Of a DNA stretch of 32,000 nt, positions 9,597 to 19,811 are shown piece by piece (within the stretch, counting starts at the first letter, position 1; each line of letters begins with the position of its first letter). The notes under the pieces are model-generated. The model searched no databases, had not been told where the DNA came from, and saw only the letters and a list, made by a program, of their open reading frames with translations. The DNA is from Trichodesmium erythraeum IMS101. GTDB taxonomy: Bacteria; Cyanobacteriota; Cyanobacteriia; Cyanobacteriales; Microcoleaceae. The stretch lies in assembly GCF_000014265.1 (NCBI RefSeq), contig NC_008312.1, positions 2,400,001-2,432,000 of the forward strand, in the 5' to 3' direction. The position numbers and the translations under genes are program-made.

Positions 9597-9654
9597 ATCT
9601 TCAGGAATTTTTCCCCGTCACGATACAGAAATATTTCATCTTGTGAAGCTTCCA
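9597..9654. repeat. Copy 2 of the 58 bp dispersed repeat
   Basis: atcttcaggaatttttccccgtcacgatacagaaatatttcatcttgtgaagcttcca. Both copies lie upstream of the rca-like gene. Confidence 0.85.
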
Positions 9655-9950
9655 GAGATTAATATAAGGTAGGTATTTAAACCAATCTTAATTAGATGAA
9701 AAATTGCCCCATGGGTGCAATTTCTCTGTAAATTAGATAAGTCTGCTCTGTAGTATAGTTTTGAGAGTGAGAGAAAGAAATCAATTCCACCCATGCGATC
9801 GCGAATGTGGTAAAAAAGAAAGTCAATGTAAAAAGTACCAAATGAGTAGTATAAAATGTAAAGTTGTTGAACTGTTCAAACAAACTAAAAAACCCAATTA
9901 ATTTAGTCAAAACTGGGTTTTTACAGAAAAATCAATAAGTATAAAAATAA

Positions 9951-10151
9951 TTAAAGAGGCTGTCTAGAAATCAACTTTTCAAAATGAGCTTGAGTTTGTT
10001 GCAACATTTGCTCACGACCATCTTTTATTTGATTAAGAGAAGGAACTAAATTACGAGCATGTAAAGTCATGTGAAATTGTAAATCAGCCACATATTCACT
10101 AACATCTTGATGTAAAGAACAAGATGGATACTTTTTAATTTCTGAATTCAA
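9951..10151 (-). CDS. Hypothetical small protein (66 aa); weak call
   Basis: Track ORF with a TTG start and no recognisable motifs. Its composition is less AT-skewed than neighbouring spurious ORFs. A G9 run on the coding strand lies 8 nt upstream of the start. Confidence 0.25.
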   Translation of the reverse strand: MNSEIKKYPSCSLHQDVSEYVADLQFHMTLHARNLVPSLNQIKDGREQMLQQTQAHFEKLISRQPL

Positions 10152-10249
10152 AGTTTTATCCCCCCCCCTAAATTATTTGAGTTTGTTTATGATCACAAAA
10201 AGTACCATAGAAATTCTTCCTCTGTTGAAGTTTAGCAATGAAGCTTAAT

Positions 10250-10540
10250 ATTTTTCATTGACATCCTCCATGCACTAAAGTGAGAGAACTTGCAACATCA
10301 CAGAGAAAGTTTCCTCTTTCTTTAAGTCGGCTTACTTAACTTGAGTTTCCCCATCTAAACAAAGACCAATTTCTCGAACTTGTTTTACTTTCCCCGTGCA
10401 CCAAATAAGCTGATATTTTCCTTAATGCTGAAATGAGGATGTTTTTTTGCTACTTTCTCGTCTCTCTTTGCAACATATAGCTTTGTATTTAACTCAGCTT
10501 CGTACTTAGTATTTTTTGAACTTAAGAATCACCTTTTTTT
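10250..10540 (-). pseudogene. Frame-shifted ORF fragments, possibly the C-terminal relic of an IS200/IS605-family TnpB-type gene
   Basis: My reverse-strand translation gives ..KYEAELNTKLYVAKRDEKVAKK in one frame. After a frame shift it gives ILISALRKISAYLVHGESKTSS..*..LTLVHGGCQ*. This loosely resembles the (C..CG..)DRD.NAA.NIL...GH tail of TnpB proteins. The match is from memory only, and the region has several stops. Confidence 0.25.
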
Positions 10541-11250
10541 CCAGTAGTCTTAGCTTGAAAGTTGCCATAAAATCTTTATATAGCTACCCAAGCTCTTTCC
10601 CAGTGAACAAACCTGGCCATATAATTTAGTTGTTTTGCCCAAGAAAAATCAGGGGGAGATGAGCTAATAAATATGCAATATAAGTTTAGGCAACCAATAC
10701 GACTAAAAATTGTTCTACCTATCTATGCTATAATAACAATTCCGTAAGTACAAATAGCGATATCTAACAGGTTCTACTAATTCTGGATGCCTTATCTTTT
10801 CATTTCATAGATGAATATAGATAAATATAAAAAGCTTGATTTTAGTATTAAGCAATAAAATTATAATCAATCAAACCTGCATATAAAGCTAATAGCATTA
10901 AAAACCCTTCAATAATTATAAGGATAAGGCTTGAGACCAATTCCCATCCGTTAATACTATACTTAGGCAAAACTTCATAAATTTAAGTAATTAACACGGA
11001 CTGAATAACTTGATGGCTAAATTGAGGCAAATTAATGTTAATTATTTTTATATTGTACCGAGCGAGATTGTATGCAACCCCTCTTTCCCTCCTAGGAAAG
11101 CTTAGGGACTAATATTACTGCACCGTCAGAGTAAGAGCTAAGTCCCCGACTAAAAATTTACGTTCAAAAGTTTTTGATGAATGGTACTAGACCCCAATTA
11201 TCGGAAAAAAAAATTATTCAAACAGTAAAATAACTATATCAAAAGGAATT

Positions 11251-11288
11251 GGGAAATGTTAAAAACTCTTCAAACACAAACATTTCCC
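11251..11288 (-). terminator. Candidate intrinsic terminator of the ndhAIGE operon
   Basis: A perfect 10 bp stem pairs gggaaatgtt (11251-11260) with aacatttccc (11279-11288) around an 18 nt loop. It starts 10 nt past the ndhE stop. On the minus strand it is followed by AAUUCCUUUU, so the U-tract is weak. Confidence 0.45.
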
Positions 11289-11298
11289 AGTGCTATGA

Positions 11299-11610
11299 TT
11301 ACCACTTTAATAAGTTAAATTCTTCCATATCCACCGTATCACGGTTACGATAAATTGCTAAAACTATAGCCAAACCCACAGCAGCTTCAGCAGCAGCAAC
11401 CGTCATGACAAAGACAGTAAAAACCTGACCTTTAATATTTTGAGAATCTAGAAAATTAGAAAAACCCATCAAATTCAAATTAACAGCATTGAGAAGTAAC
11501 TCAATAGACATTAGCACCCTAACTGCATTACGACTGGTAACTAAGCCATAAATTCCTATACAAAAAAGTGCTGCTGCCAACAACAAAAAATATTCCAGTT
11601 GTAATTGCAT
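11299..11610 (-). CDS. ndhE: NAD(P)H-quinone oxidoreductase (NDH-1) subunit 4L / NuoK
   Basis: [66 protein letters not shown] is canonical NdhE. The track ORF begins 5 codons upstream, at the ATG at 11625. Homologs typically start at MQLQ, corresponding to the ATG at 11610. Confidence 0.9.
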   Translation of the reverse strand: MQLQLEYFLLLAAALFCIGIYGLVTSRNAVRVLMSIELLLNAVNLNLMGFSNFLDSQNIKGQVFTVFVMTVAAAEAAVGLAIVLAIYRNRDTVDMEEFNLLKW

Positions 11611-11650
11611 AAACTTATCAACCATTTCAATTTAACAAATTATTTTAACC

Positions 11651-12274
11651 CTATTTGATTTGAGCAGAACTTTCACCAAGACTTGAAACTAATTCACGAG
11701 GACGTTCTGGCAAACTTAAAACAGGTGTTTGAGATACATTAGTTGGTACTTCATCAGGCAAAATATCTCGACGAGCTAAAATAATAGCTCCCACCATTGC
11801 TATTAACAAACACACAGAAGCAAGTTCAAAAGGGAGTAAAAAATCTGTAAAAAAGTGTTTACCAATTAACACAATTGAACTTTCTCTAGTAGCATTTCCA
11901 ACAACAGGAATTGACCAGGAACTAGACAATACCATTGTACTCAGTAAAGCAAACAAACCAAAACAAACTAAACCTGTAGCTACCTTTCTAAACCAAGCAT
12001 TAGGCAAAGCTTTAAAATCTTCTCGTTTGTTTACAAGCATAATCGCAAATAAAATCAGGACATTAACAGCCCCAACATAAATCAAAACCTGGGCAGTAGC
12101 TACAAAGTCAGCATTTAACAAAAGATATAAACCAGAAATGCTCATAAATACTCCACCCAGCAAAAACGCTGAGTGGACAATATTAGAAAATAATACTACT
12201 CCCAAAGCAGCCGCAATCATCATTACAGCTAATATAACAAATGAAACGAATTGAACTCCTTGCGCTAAATCCAC
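11651..12274 (-). CDS. ndhG: NDH-1 subunit 6 / NuoJ
   Basis: The 207-aa polytopic membrane protein has NuoJ-type sequence (SAFLLGGVFMSISGLYLLLNADFVATAQVLIYVGAVNVLILFAIML). Its position between ndhI and ndhE fits the operon. The start codon is GTG. Confidence 0.88.
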   Translation of the reverse strand: MDLAQGVQFVSFVILAVMMIAAALGVVLFSNIVHSAFLLGGVFMSISGLYLLLNADFVATAQVLIYVGAVNVLILFAIMLVNKREDFKALPNAWFRKVATGLVCFGLFALLSTMVLSSSWSIPVVGNATRESSIVLIGKHFFTDFLLPFELASVCLLIAMVGAIILARRDILPDEVPTNVSQTPVLSLPERPRELVSSLGESSAQIK

Positions 12275-12393
12275 TTTTTATTCCTTTAGAGATACTTAAA
12301 CTTTGAATTATATTTTTTTAGCTGGTAGTTATTAGTTGGTCGTGGCTAAAAATCAATTTAAACCTCTCTAAACTAATAACTAATAACTAATAA

Positions 12394-13023
12394 CTATTTG
12401 TCTGTTATTTCTGCGGCTGTTTTTTCTGCGGCTGTTTTTTCTGCTTCTATTTGTTCCAGAATTTCTTCAGGGCGCAGACCAGCACGACGTGAAGTATGAG
12501 GAACTGTATGAGGGTCAATAACTCCTTTAGGCAAATAAGCTAGTTCTCTCATAGGAGTAACCATTGGGTCATTTGTCACCTTATATGGTAGTCTACCCAG
12601 AGCCACATTATCATAATTTAACTCATGGCGATCATAAGCTGCTAACTCATACTCTTCTGTCATAGATAGACAGTTACTAGGGCAATATTCTACACAGTTA
12701 CCACAGAATATACAAACTCCAAAATCAATACTGTAATGCTTAAGCTTTTTCTTTTTGGTTTCTTTGTTAAATTCCCAATCTACTACAGGTAAATTAATTG
12801 GACAAACCCTTACACAAACTTCACAAGCAATACACTTGTCATATTCAAAGTGAATTCTACCTCGAAATCTTTCAGAAGGAATCAGCTTTTCATAAGGGTA
12901 CTGTACAGTAACAGGCCGACGGCTCATGTGGTCAAAAGTTACAGATAAACCTTGACCAATATATTTCGCTGATTGAAAAGTTTCTTTTGCGTAATCACTT
13001 ACTTGTTTGAGGAATTTGAACAT
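12394..13023 (-). CDS. ndhI: NDH-1 subunit I (2x[4Fe-4S] ferredoxin-type, NuoI)
   Basis: Two CxxCxxCxxxCP motifs are present ([12 protein letters not shown] and [12 protein letters not shown]), along with the conserved N-terminus [21 protein letters not shown]. The C-terminal tail carries a duplicated AEKTA from a 15 bp tandem repeat. Confidence 0.92.
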   Translation of the reverse strand: MFKFLKQVSDYAKETFQSAKYIGQGLSVTFDHMSRRPVTVQYPYEKLIPSERFRGRIHFEYDKCIACEVCVRVCPINLPVVDWEFNKETKKKKLKHYSIDFGVCIFCGNCVEYCPSNCLSMTEEYELAAYDRHELNYDNVALGRLPYKVTNDPMVTPMRELAYLPKGVIDPHTVPHTSRRAGLRPEEILEQIEAEKTAAEKTAAEITDK

Positions 13024-15283
13024 GGTTTTGCTTTATAAAACTTAGAGTGACAATTTAAACTTTATTTGATGTTAGAGATAAATTTTGTTAGTTAACATCC
13101 TACTAATATTAAATTTTTACAACAACTATGCTTTGCTTCTTAACTCAGTATGTTGTCAATTTATCTTAACCAGAACTTACACAAAGGAAGTATATAGAGT
13201 GTAAATATATAAAACAATTACCAAAAATACACTATATGTAGTAGTACTCTGTAATTACTATTAAGGTTGGTTGTTTTGCAGTGCTCTCCTTCAAAGAAGC
13301 GCCCTATGGGAAAACTAATCAATATTACTAATCAATATTGAGGTTTAACACATAGATATGTTAACGTATCTTTCCTAAATAATTAAAGGTTAACCTTCAC
13401 CTCAGCCTAGAAGCATAGGGAGATTAAAGGCCCGAAGCTGCGATGCGGTTTAATATTTCTTATGCTGCTGCACCCACCCCAACCTATTCCCCCATTTCCT
13501 CGGTAGGAACGAAGCAAGATGGTTGATGCTTGCCCAGTGTGTGCATTTAATGTCTTAGGCTACCCGCTTTAGACTAAAATATTTGTTGGTGCATTTTCCC
13601 AAGCGGTCCTACTTACTATTCACTTTTAAGACAGAACTATTCCCTGACTCAAATTTCTAACTTTCCTTTTCTTCACCAACTAGAGCAAATTTGAGAAGTA
13701 GGTTCTCACCTCCTAATTACTCTAAAATTATGACTATATTTTTCTGCAATTCCATTAAAAATGTTCCTATGGGTCGCTAACCTAGATCACTAACCCACCC
13801 CTAATTCCTCCTGGGAGGCTAGCAAGAAGGGTTGCTTACTTTTTTGACTCCATATACATATCATACTTCTAAAACAATTTTTTGGAAGTTAGCTGAATTT
13901 CAACAGATAATTTATCTAGAAAATCAATTTTTATATTCTTAAGTTTAGGGTGCAATTTAGGAAGTTTCACTCGTGGATTTTTATACCTTTTAGATCCTTG
14001 AGTTTTTTTGAGATAATAATTTACTTAACTTTCGTGCTTCGTAACTTTTATATTTTACTGACATAACCTAGGAAAAAATCTTACTTTTTGATTTATTTCT
14101 TTATATAGTTTAAGAGTATCAATTTTTTGACCATGTACAGACATTGGATTAAGGCATCCTTAAGGTAGCAAAAGTTTTAATTCCTAAATAATTACTATTG
14201 TAAATTATCAGTTTTAGGCAAAATTTATGGTAAAGTTTTTAATACAAAAGTCAGAAAATATCTATTAGCTGAATTTTGGCAGCATTTTTAAAATTACTGC
14301 TTTATAATCTGTCAGATATTTAGGTTTAGTAATTACTTCCCTAGACAAAAATATTTTTAGTTTTCCTACTTTAGGATTGCTAATAACTTTATTTTAAACA
14401 ACTTTGAACCTTTATTTTGTAAATTTTGCAGGTTATTTTAAATTTTTAATCCATAAATTCAGGTACGATTACAAGTTTACCTTTTCTCTTATCTTTTATT
14501 AATTGAAAAAGTTTTTGAGCAACGAAAAGTTGTGGTTACTGAGAAACATATTTCTGTAGTATTCCGAAGGGAAATGCACCTAGGGTTTAAATCATTTAAA
14601 GATTGCTGCAATAGTAATTTAGAAACTTTTAATAACCATTCTCTATCTTCGGTGTTTTTAGCTTAAATAATCAACTATTTTTGTAGTGAGAGAGTTAACA
14701 GGCTTATTCTCTAGTAATTTATACTTTTCATAGTTAGAAATCTAGGCTATTACGTTAGAGAAAACGGACACAACCAAATAGTTTTGTGCTCTCGGTATTT
14801 TTTTCCTGTTTTTGGAGAGATACGATAGTTAAATAATTGCGAGTTATAATCTTAAACTTTAATAGCTTTTTAGCGTAACATATTTATTAGAATAAAATAA
14901 ACCAAAAACTCAGCCCAGAAGGGCAAAACTTTAGATACAATCTTTCGAGCAATAATTTAAAAAGCAGACAAGTATTGCTTAGACCTACTCCTGAGCAGAA
15001 AAATCTGTTTCTGATGATGGACTAGATACCCTAATTTCAATAAAAAACTTAATAGTAGTAACACAGAGTTTACTAGGGCTAAATTTAAGAGAATAAATGG
15101 CCAAGTTTATCTAACTAAATCTGCTTAAACATTACCTATAAGATGGGGTAGGCAACTACCAGTTGGCTGTATACCAACTAAAATTACAGAAAATTTCTTC
15201 AGGCAGTTGCGCGAGAAAAATCAACCTAGATTTTGAGGTTTAGGAATTCCTCGTTGTTCCTTATGCGCAATCTTAGGAGGATA

Positions 15284-16402
15284 TCAACCGCCAAAGGCAA
15301 ATGGAAAGGTTAACTTTAAGGCAGCAGTTAATAGCAAATTAACTAAAGCTACTGGCAATAAGAACTTCCAACCCAAGTCTAATAATTGGTCAATTCTTAC
15401 CCTTGGTAATGTCCAACGTAACAGAACTGCTATAAATACAAGCAAATAAGTTTTGAGTAACGTCATGATAATACCCAAAGTAGCGTTGGTTATCTGTAAC
15501 CAAGGAGTTGTTTCACTGACCCCAAACCAATTAGATATAAGTTCTACTGGAAGTGGAGACTCCCAACCGCCCAGGTATAAAACCGCTACAAGTAGAGAAG
15601 ATAAAACTAAATTGACATAGGAGGCTAAGTAATACAGAGCAAATTTCATGCCAGTATATTCAGTTTGATATCCAGCTACCAATTCTTCTTCTGCTTCTGG
15701 AAGATCAAAAGGAAGACGTTCACATTCAGCCAAGACCGCTATCCAGAAAATTATGAACCCTAGTGGTTGTCTCCAGATATTCCATCCCAGAATACCATAG
15801 CTTGATTGTTGTTCAACAATATCAATTGTACTGAGACTGTTGGACATCATCGCTACTGCCAATACAGCCAAAGCCAAAGGAATTTCATAACTGATAGATT
15901 GTGCTGCTGCTCGTAGACCTCCAAGTAGAGAATATTTATTATTAGAAGCATAGCCAGACATGAGTAGTCCAATGGGTTGAATGCTCGAAAGAGCAATCCA
16001 CAAAAATATTGCTACCCCAAGGTCTGTAATTACTAAGTTTTGTCCAAATGGCACTACTAAGTAGGAAAGAAACACGGGTACAGCTACAATTACAGGCCCC
16101 AATGTGAATAGTAAGGGATCTGCTTTGGCCGGAACAACGTCCTCTTTGAAAAGTAGCTTCAAACCATCAGCAAGAGGTGCGAGAGTACCTAAAGGGCCCA
16201 TGAATTCAGGGCCAATTCTTTGTTGCGCCGCTGCAGAGATTTTTCGCTCTAGCCACACTGTTACTAAAACGCCAACAGTAGCAACAACAATCATTAATAA
16301 CATAGGGAATGGTAACCACAGAGTTTTAGCTATTTCTGAGGATAAGCCCAAATCTACAAGGGCTTGAATAAATGTTCTTTGTAGATCAATTCCTGAATTC
16401 AT
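15284..16402 (-). CDS. ndhA: NDH-1 subunit 1 / NuoH
   Basis: The 372-aa protein carries NuoH signatures: [48 protein letters not shown] and [24 protein letters not shown]. Confidence 0.93.
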   Translation of the reverse strand: MNSGIDLQRTFIQALVDLGLSSEIAKTLWLPFPMLLMIVVATVGVLVTVWLERKISAAAQQRIGPEFMGPLGTLAPLADGLKLLFKEDVVPAKADPLLFTLGPVIVAVPVFLSYLVVPFGQNLVITDLGVAIFLWIALSSIQPIGLLMSGYASNNKYSLLGGLRAAAQSISYEIPLALAVLAVAMMSNSLSTIDIVEQQSSYGILGWNIWRQPLGFIIFWIAVLAECERLPFDLPEAEEELVAGYQTEYTGMKFALYYLASYVNLVLSSLLVAVLYLGGWESPLPVELISNWFGVSETTPWLQITNATLGIIMTLLKTYLLVFIAVLLRWTLPRVRIDQLLDLGWKFLLPVALVNLLLTAALKLTFPFAFGG

Positions 16403-16672
16403 TTACAATTTGTTTATTTATTTTAGAGAAAGTTAATTTTGAGTAAAATGGGTTACTAATGTAATCAGTGCAGATCCTTCAAAGGGATGTACAGTTCATT
16501 AGGTTAATGTTTGTTAAGAGTTATGCTAACAAAAAGATGGCCACTGCAGCCAGTTTGTTATACAAGTTAAGACAGCTAATTTTCCTATCCTAAACCCTTG
16601 AAATTAGGCAATTCTCACAGGTTCCTGGCATGAATTGCTTAATCTTGTTTGCACTTAATACAACATAAAGAA

Positions 16673-17824
16673 TTAGATTAAGGCTCGCTCTTCAAGGGAA
16701 GTATAAGCAATATTATGATCTCCGGAATAAATTTGTGTAGGACGGAAAATTCGATTGGCTGCTAATTGCTCTTTCCAGTGAGCTAACCAACCAGCCACAC
16801 GAGCAATGGCAAATACAGGGGTAAATAAATCGCTAGGAATACCTAATTTCCGATAAACAAGACCAGAATAAAAATCCACATTTGGGTAAATTCCTTTGTG
16901 ACCTAGTTTTTCCTCTACCACCTTTTCCATTTCTAGAGCTATCTGATAATACTTGTCGTCGCCAAACTTTTCAAATAAATCTACTGCTAGTTCCTGAAGG
17001 ATGATAGCTCTTGGATCTTTTACTTTATAGACTCGGTGACCAAAACCCGCAATTTTGGCCTTAGTCTCAAAACATCGTTTTAAATATGGTTTAACATTTT
17101 CTACCGAACCAATTTCAGACAACATACTAATTACATCTTCATTTGCCCCCCCATGTAGTGGACCGGCAAGAGTTCCCACTGCTGAAGCTATAACTCCGTA
17201 GGGATCAGTTAAGGTAGAAGCAGTTACCATTGCTGAGAATGTAGAAGCATTAATAGTATGTTCAGCATGAAGAGTCAGACAAATATCAAATACTTTTGCT
17301 GCTAATGGATCGGGTTCTCTTTCATTGAGCATATACAAAAAGTTGGCTGCATAGCCCAAGTCATCCCTTGGCTTTACAGGATCGTTACCTTTACGCATTA
17401 ACTCAAAGGCAGCTACCATTGTGGGTATATTGGCCAGTAGCCTGACTACTGCTTTCCTAATATATTCTGGGTTATCAAGAGCACGACGAGAATAAAATAA
17501 ACCCAGAGCTGCTGCTGAAGTCTGTAGAGCATCCATAGGATGTCCAGTCTCCGGGAAACATTTCATCATGTCCCGAATTCTATATTTGATTCTTCTGTTT
17601 AGGCAAATCTCTTGCTCAAAGCTTTGCAATTCTTCTTGAGTAGGAAGGTTGCCCCAAATTAACAAATATGCTGCTTCCAGAAAAGAACTCTTTTTTGCCA
17701 ATTCTTCAATATTAATGCCTCGGTATTCCAATATCCCTTTTTGTCCATCGACGTAGCTGACACTTGATTGGGTAGCAGGAACACCTTCTAAACCAGGCTT
17801 AAATTCAATGCAGACGACGGACAT
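16673..17824 (-). CDS. gltA: Citrate synthase
   Basis: The 383-aa protein carries LHAEHTINASTF, GPLHGGANE and GFGHRVYK..DPRA, the citrate synthase catalytic motifs. Confidence 0.93.
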   Translation of the reverse strand: MSVVCIEFKPGLEGVPATQSSVSYVDGQKGILEYRGINIEELAKKSSFLEAAYLLIWGNLPTQEELQSFEQEICLNRRIKYRIRDMMKCFPETGHPMDALQTSAAALGLFYSRRALDNPEYIRKAVVRLLANIPTMVAAFELMRKGNDPVKPRDDLGYAANFLYMLNEREPDPLAAKVFDICLTLHAEHTINASTFSAMVTASTLTDPYGVIASAVGTLAGPLHGGANEDVISMLSEIGSVENVKPYLKRCFETKAKIAGFGHRVYKVKDPRAIILQELAVDLFEKFGDDKYYQIALEMEKVVEEKLGHKGIYPNVDFYSGLVYRKLGIPSDLFTPVFAIARVAGWLAHWKEQLAANRIFRPTQIYSGDHNIAYTSLEERALI

Positions 17825-17921
17825 GATGATCCCCTTTATTTAGATATGAATATACTCAAGCTACATTATCAAGTAGTTGAGTTGTGTTATTTTTTTAACA
17901 ATAAAATATTAATAGTTTTAG

Positions 17922-18428
17922 TTAATCCAGTATAAATCTTGGGGGTGTCAACCAAAACATTTGACTATTACCGACTGGTGAACCAATTTCTGGTAATGAA
18001 GTTCCTATTATACCAGCTTTTTTGAGTATTAATACTTGTTTTACTTCTCCCCAGATTAGAATTTCTGCCCAGTTTGCTAAGTTTGGTTGATGGCCTACCA
18101 TGGCTAATTCTTTATTTGATTGAGGTGACCATCGTTCTAGCCATTGTAACCAGAGATTAATATTTCCACTAGGGGCTAAAGGTGAAAATTCTTCTACTTT
18201 GGAACTTAATTTATGAGCTTGAAGAATTTTAGCTGTTTGATTTGCTCTAACTAAGGGACTGGTCAGAATTAAGTTGAAATGAAGACCTAATTGTTTGAGT
18301 TTTTGAGCAATTTTGTGGGTTTTGCGATCGCCTATTTCTGTCAAAGGACGTTCTCCATCTGTGGCATAATTTTCTCTATCAGCAGCTATACCGTGACGGA
18401 TAAAATAAACATTTGTACTCATAATCAC
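17922..18428 (-). CDS. sixA: Phosphohistidine phosphatase SixA (histidine phosphatase superfamily)
   Basis: VYFIRHGIA (the RHG motif), ILTSPLVRANQTAKIL and MVGHQPNL match SixA, and the ~165-aa length fits. The start could be M1 or M3. Confidence 0.8.
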   Translation of the reverse strand: MIMSTNVYFIRHGIAADRENYATDGERPLTEIGDRKTHKIAQKLKQLGLHFNLILTSPLVRANQTAKILQAHKLSSKVEEFSPLAPSGNINLWLQWLERWSPQSNKELAMVGHQPNLANWAEILIWGEVKQVLILKKAGIIGTSLPEIGSPVGNSQMFWLTPPRFILD

Positions 18429-19276
18429 ACTTTTTTCTTATATGGTGTTTTCACCATCATTTTATTGGATAACAGTCAAACTTTGCAGCATAAAAAATTA
18501 GATTGGTAAGTAAGAATAAATTAATATTGAATCAACAAAGTTTAGCAATTAAAAATTACCTAGATTTAAAATAAATTGATTGAATAAAAAGAAAAAGTTT
18601 TGTTATCCTTAAAATGATCACCTTTAAGATCTAAATAGCAATTAAGAACACAATTTATAGCAATTCTAATTTTTTCCATCTATTCTTCAGTTATGATCTA
18701 TAATAATATTATATTAAGTCTCAAAGTATCATAAATTAGCCATAATAAAAATACTTTTTTCACATCATTTAATAACTTTTTTCCAATTCCTAAATTCCTA
18801 TTTTTTTTCACAGTGAGTATTCAAAGAGACATGATATAAGTTATTAACTTGAGTTGCATATCAAGGAAAGAATTTAGTCTACAAAAAGAATTAAAAGTTA
18901 TGAATTAAATTTTTCAGGACTCTAATCTTAGTCGTTTTTTAAATACTTTTAAAAGTAAAAAACCTGAATACTTACCTTAATTTAATCATGACTAACAAAT
19001 CAGGTCAATAGCCTCGCCTTTTAAGGGATAAAAAAAGAAAATTTTATACTTTGTCACCTCTGGCTGTGCAAATAAGTATTAGAGTTGTTGGGTGTAGGAA
19101 AATTGAAAATACTTAAAAGCTTACTCTTAATGGTTTTCATAATTTTAAGCCTTAAAAGTACACTTAAACCTGAACTTGTTTTGGGTTTTAGCTATTTTTT
19201 GGGCTTCATTCCCAACAACTCTATTATTAATTCACTGGTAGCTGACAACTCAAAAACAGATTGTTATTTTTGATAC

Positions 19277-19304
19277 AAAAAACCCTGCCCTTAAACAGGC
19301 AGGG
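19277..19304 (-). terminator. Intrinsic terminator downstream of the HNH gene (stem-loop usable on both strands)
   Basis: A 7 bp stem pairs ccctgcc (19283-19289) with ggcaggg (19298-19304) around an 8 nt loop. On the minus strand it is followed by UUUUUU (plus-strand aaaaaa, 19277-19282). It begins 3 nt after the HNH stop codon. Confidence 0.7.
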
Positions 19305-19307
19305 GTT

Positions 19308-19811
19308 TTACAGTCCGATAACATATTTTTGCCATTCTTTATTCATACCACTTTTAACATGTTTAGTTAATTCAAAGTAAAGACCACTGCGAGGTTTTCG
19401 AGGAGGGCAGTCCAAAATCATATTAGCTTCTTTTGGGGTCCGACTTCCTTTTTGTACATTGCAACGGACACAAGCCGTTACGAGGTTTTCCCAAGTATCA
19501 CCACCACCACGCGATCGCGGTATTACGTGATCTAAAGTTAAATCATCACCCATATAACCACAGTATTGACAAGAATGACCATCTCGGTGGAAAACATTTC
19601 GACGCGTCAAAGGAATATCTTTGTACGGAACTCGGATATAATAGCGCAGTCGGATGACTGTAGGTAAGGGAATATCTGGGAGAAGATATATTCCCTTATG
19701 TTCAATTTGCTCCGCTTTACCTTTGAGCAACAAGACGATCGCTCGTCGCCAACTCGTGATATTGAGCGGTTCATAAGAAGCGTTCAACACTAAAACATTG
19801 GCCATTGACAT
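19308..19811 (-). CDS. HNH endonuclease family protein (McrA-like small HNH)
   Basis: CQYCGY..LTLDHVIPRSRGG..TWENLVTACVRCNVQKG is a complete HNH/zinc-finger motif. The protein is 167 aa. Confidence 0.85.
   Translation of the reverse strand: MSMANVLVLNASYEPLNITSWRRAIVLLLKGKAEQIEHKGIYLLPDIPLPTVIRLRYYIRVPYKDIPLTRRNVFHRDGHSCQYCGYMGDDLTLDHVIPRSRGGGDTWENLVTACVRCNVQKGSRTPKEANMILDCPPRKPRSGLYFELTKHVKSGMNKEWQKYVIGL

Noticed and set aside
9692-9910. A 72-aa hydrophobic ORF with a TTG start.
   Set aside because: The F/T-rich sequence is typical of translated AT-rich DNA, and it has no RBS or motif evidence. A small membrane protein cannot be excluded, but I do not call it.
12373-12445. Micro-repeats at the 3' end of ndhI: (taataac)x3 just past the stop, and a 15 bp tandem duplication giving [12 protein letters not shown] in the C-terminal tail.
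   Set aside because: They are real in the sequence but are small slippage products in a non-conserved tail. They have no evident functional implication.
16104-16367. An 87-aa ORF on the plus strand.
   Set aside because: It lies entirely antisense within the strongly supported ndhA, and its composition is low-complexity and rich in S, T and A. It is a shadow ORF.
18291-18509. A 72-aa ORF on the plus strand.
   Set aside because: It is antisense to the 5' end of sixA and runs into AT-rich spacer. It has no motifs.
19085-19273. A 62-aa plus-strand ORF ending at the bidirectional hairpin.
   Set aside because: It has a TTG start in an AT-rich spacer and a low-complexity hydrophobic sequence. It is unsupported.
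19433-19657. A 74-aa ORF on the plus strand.
   Set aside because: It is antisense within the HNH endonuclease gene, and its His-rich run is a mirror of the coding strand.
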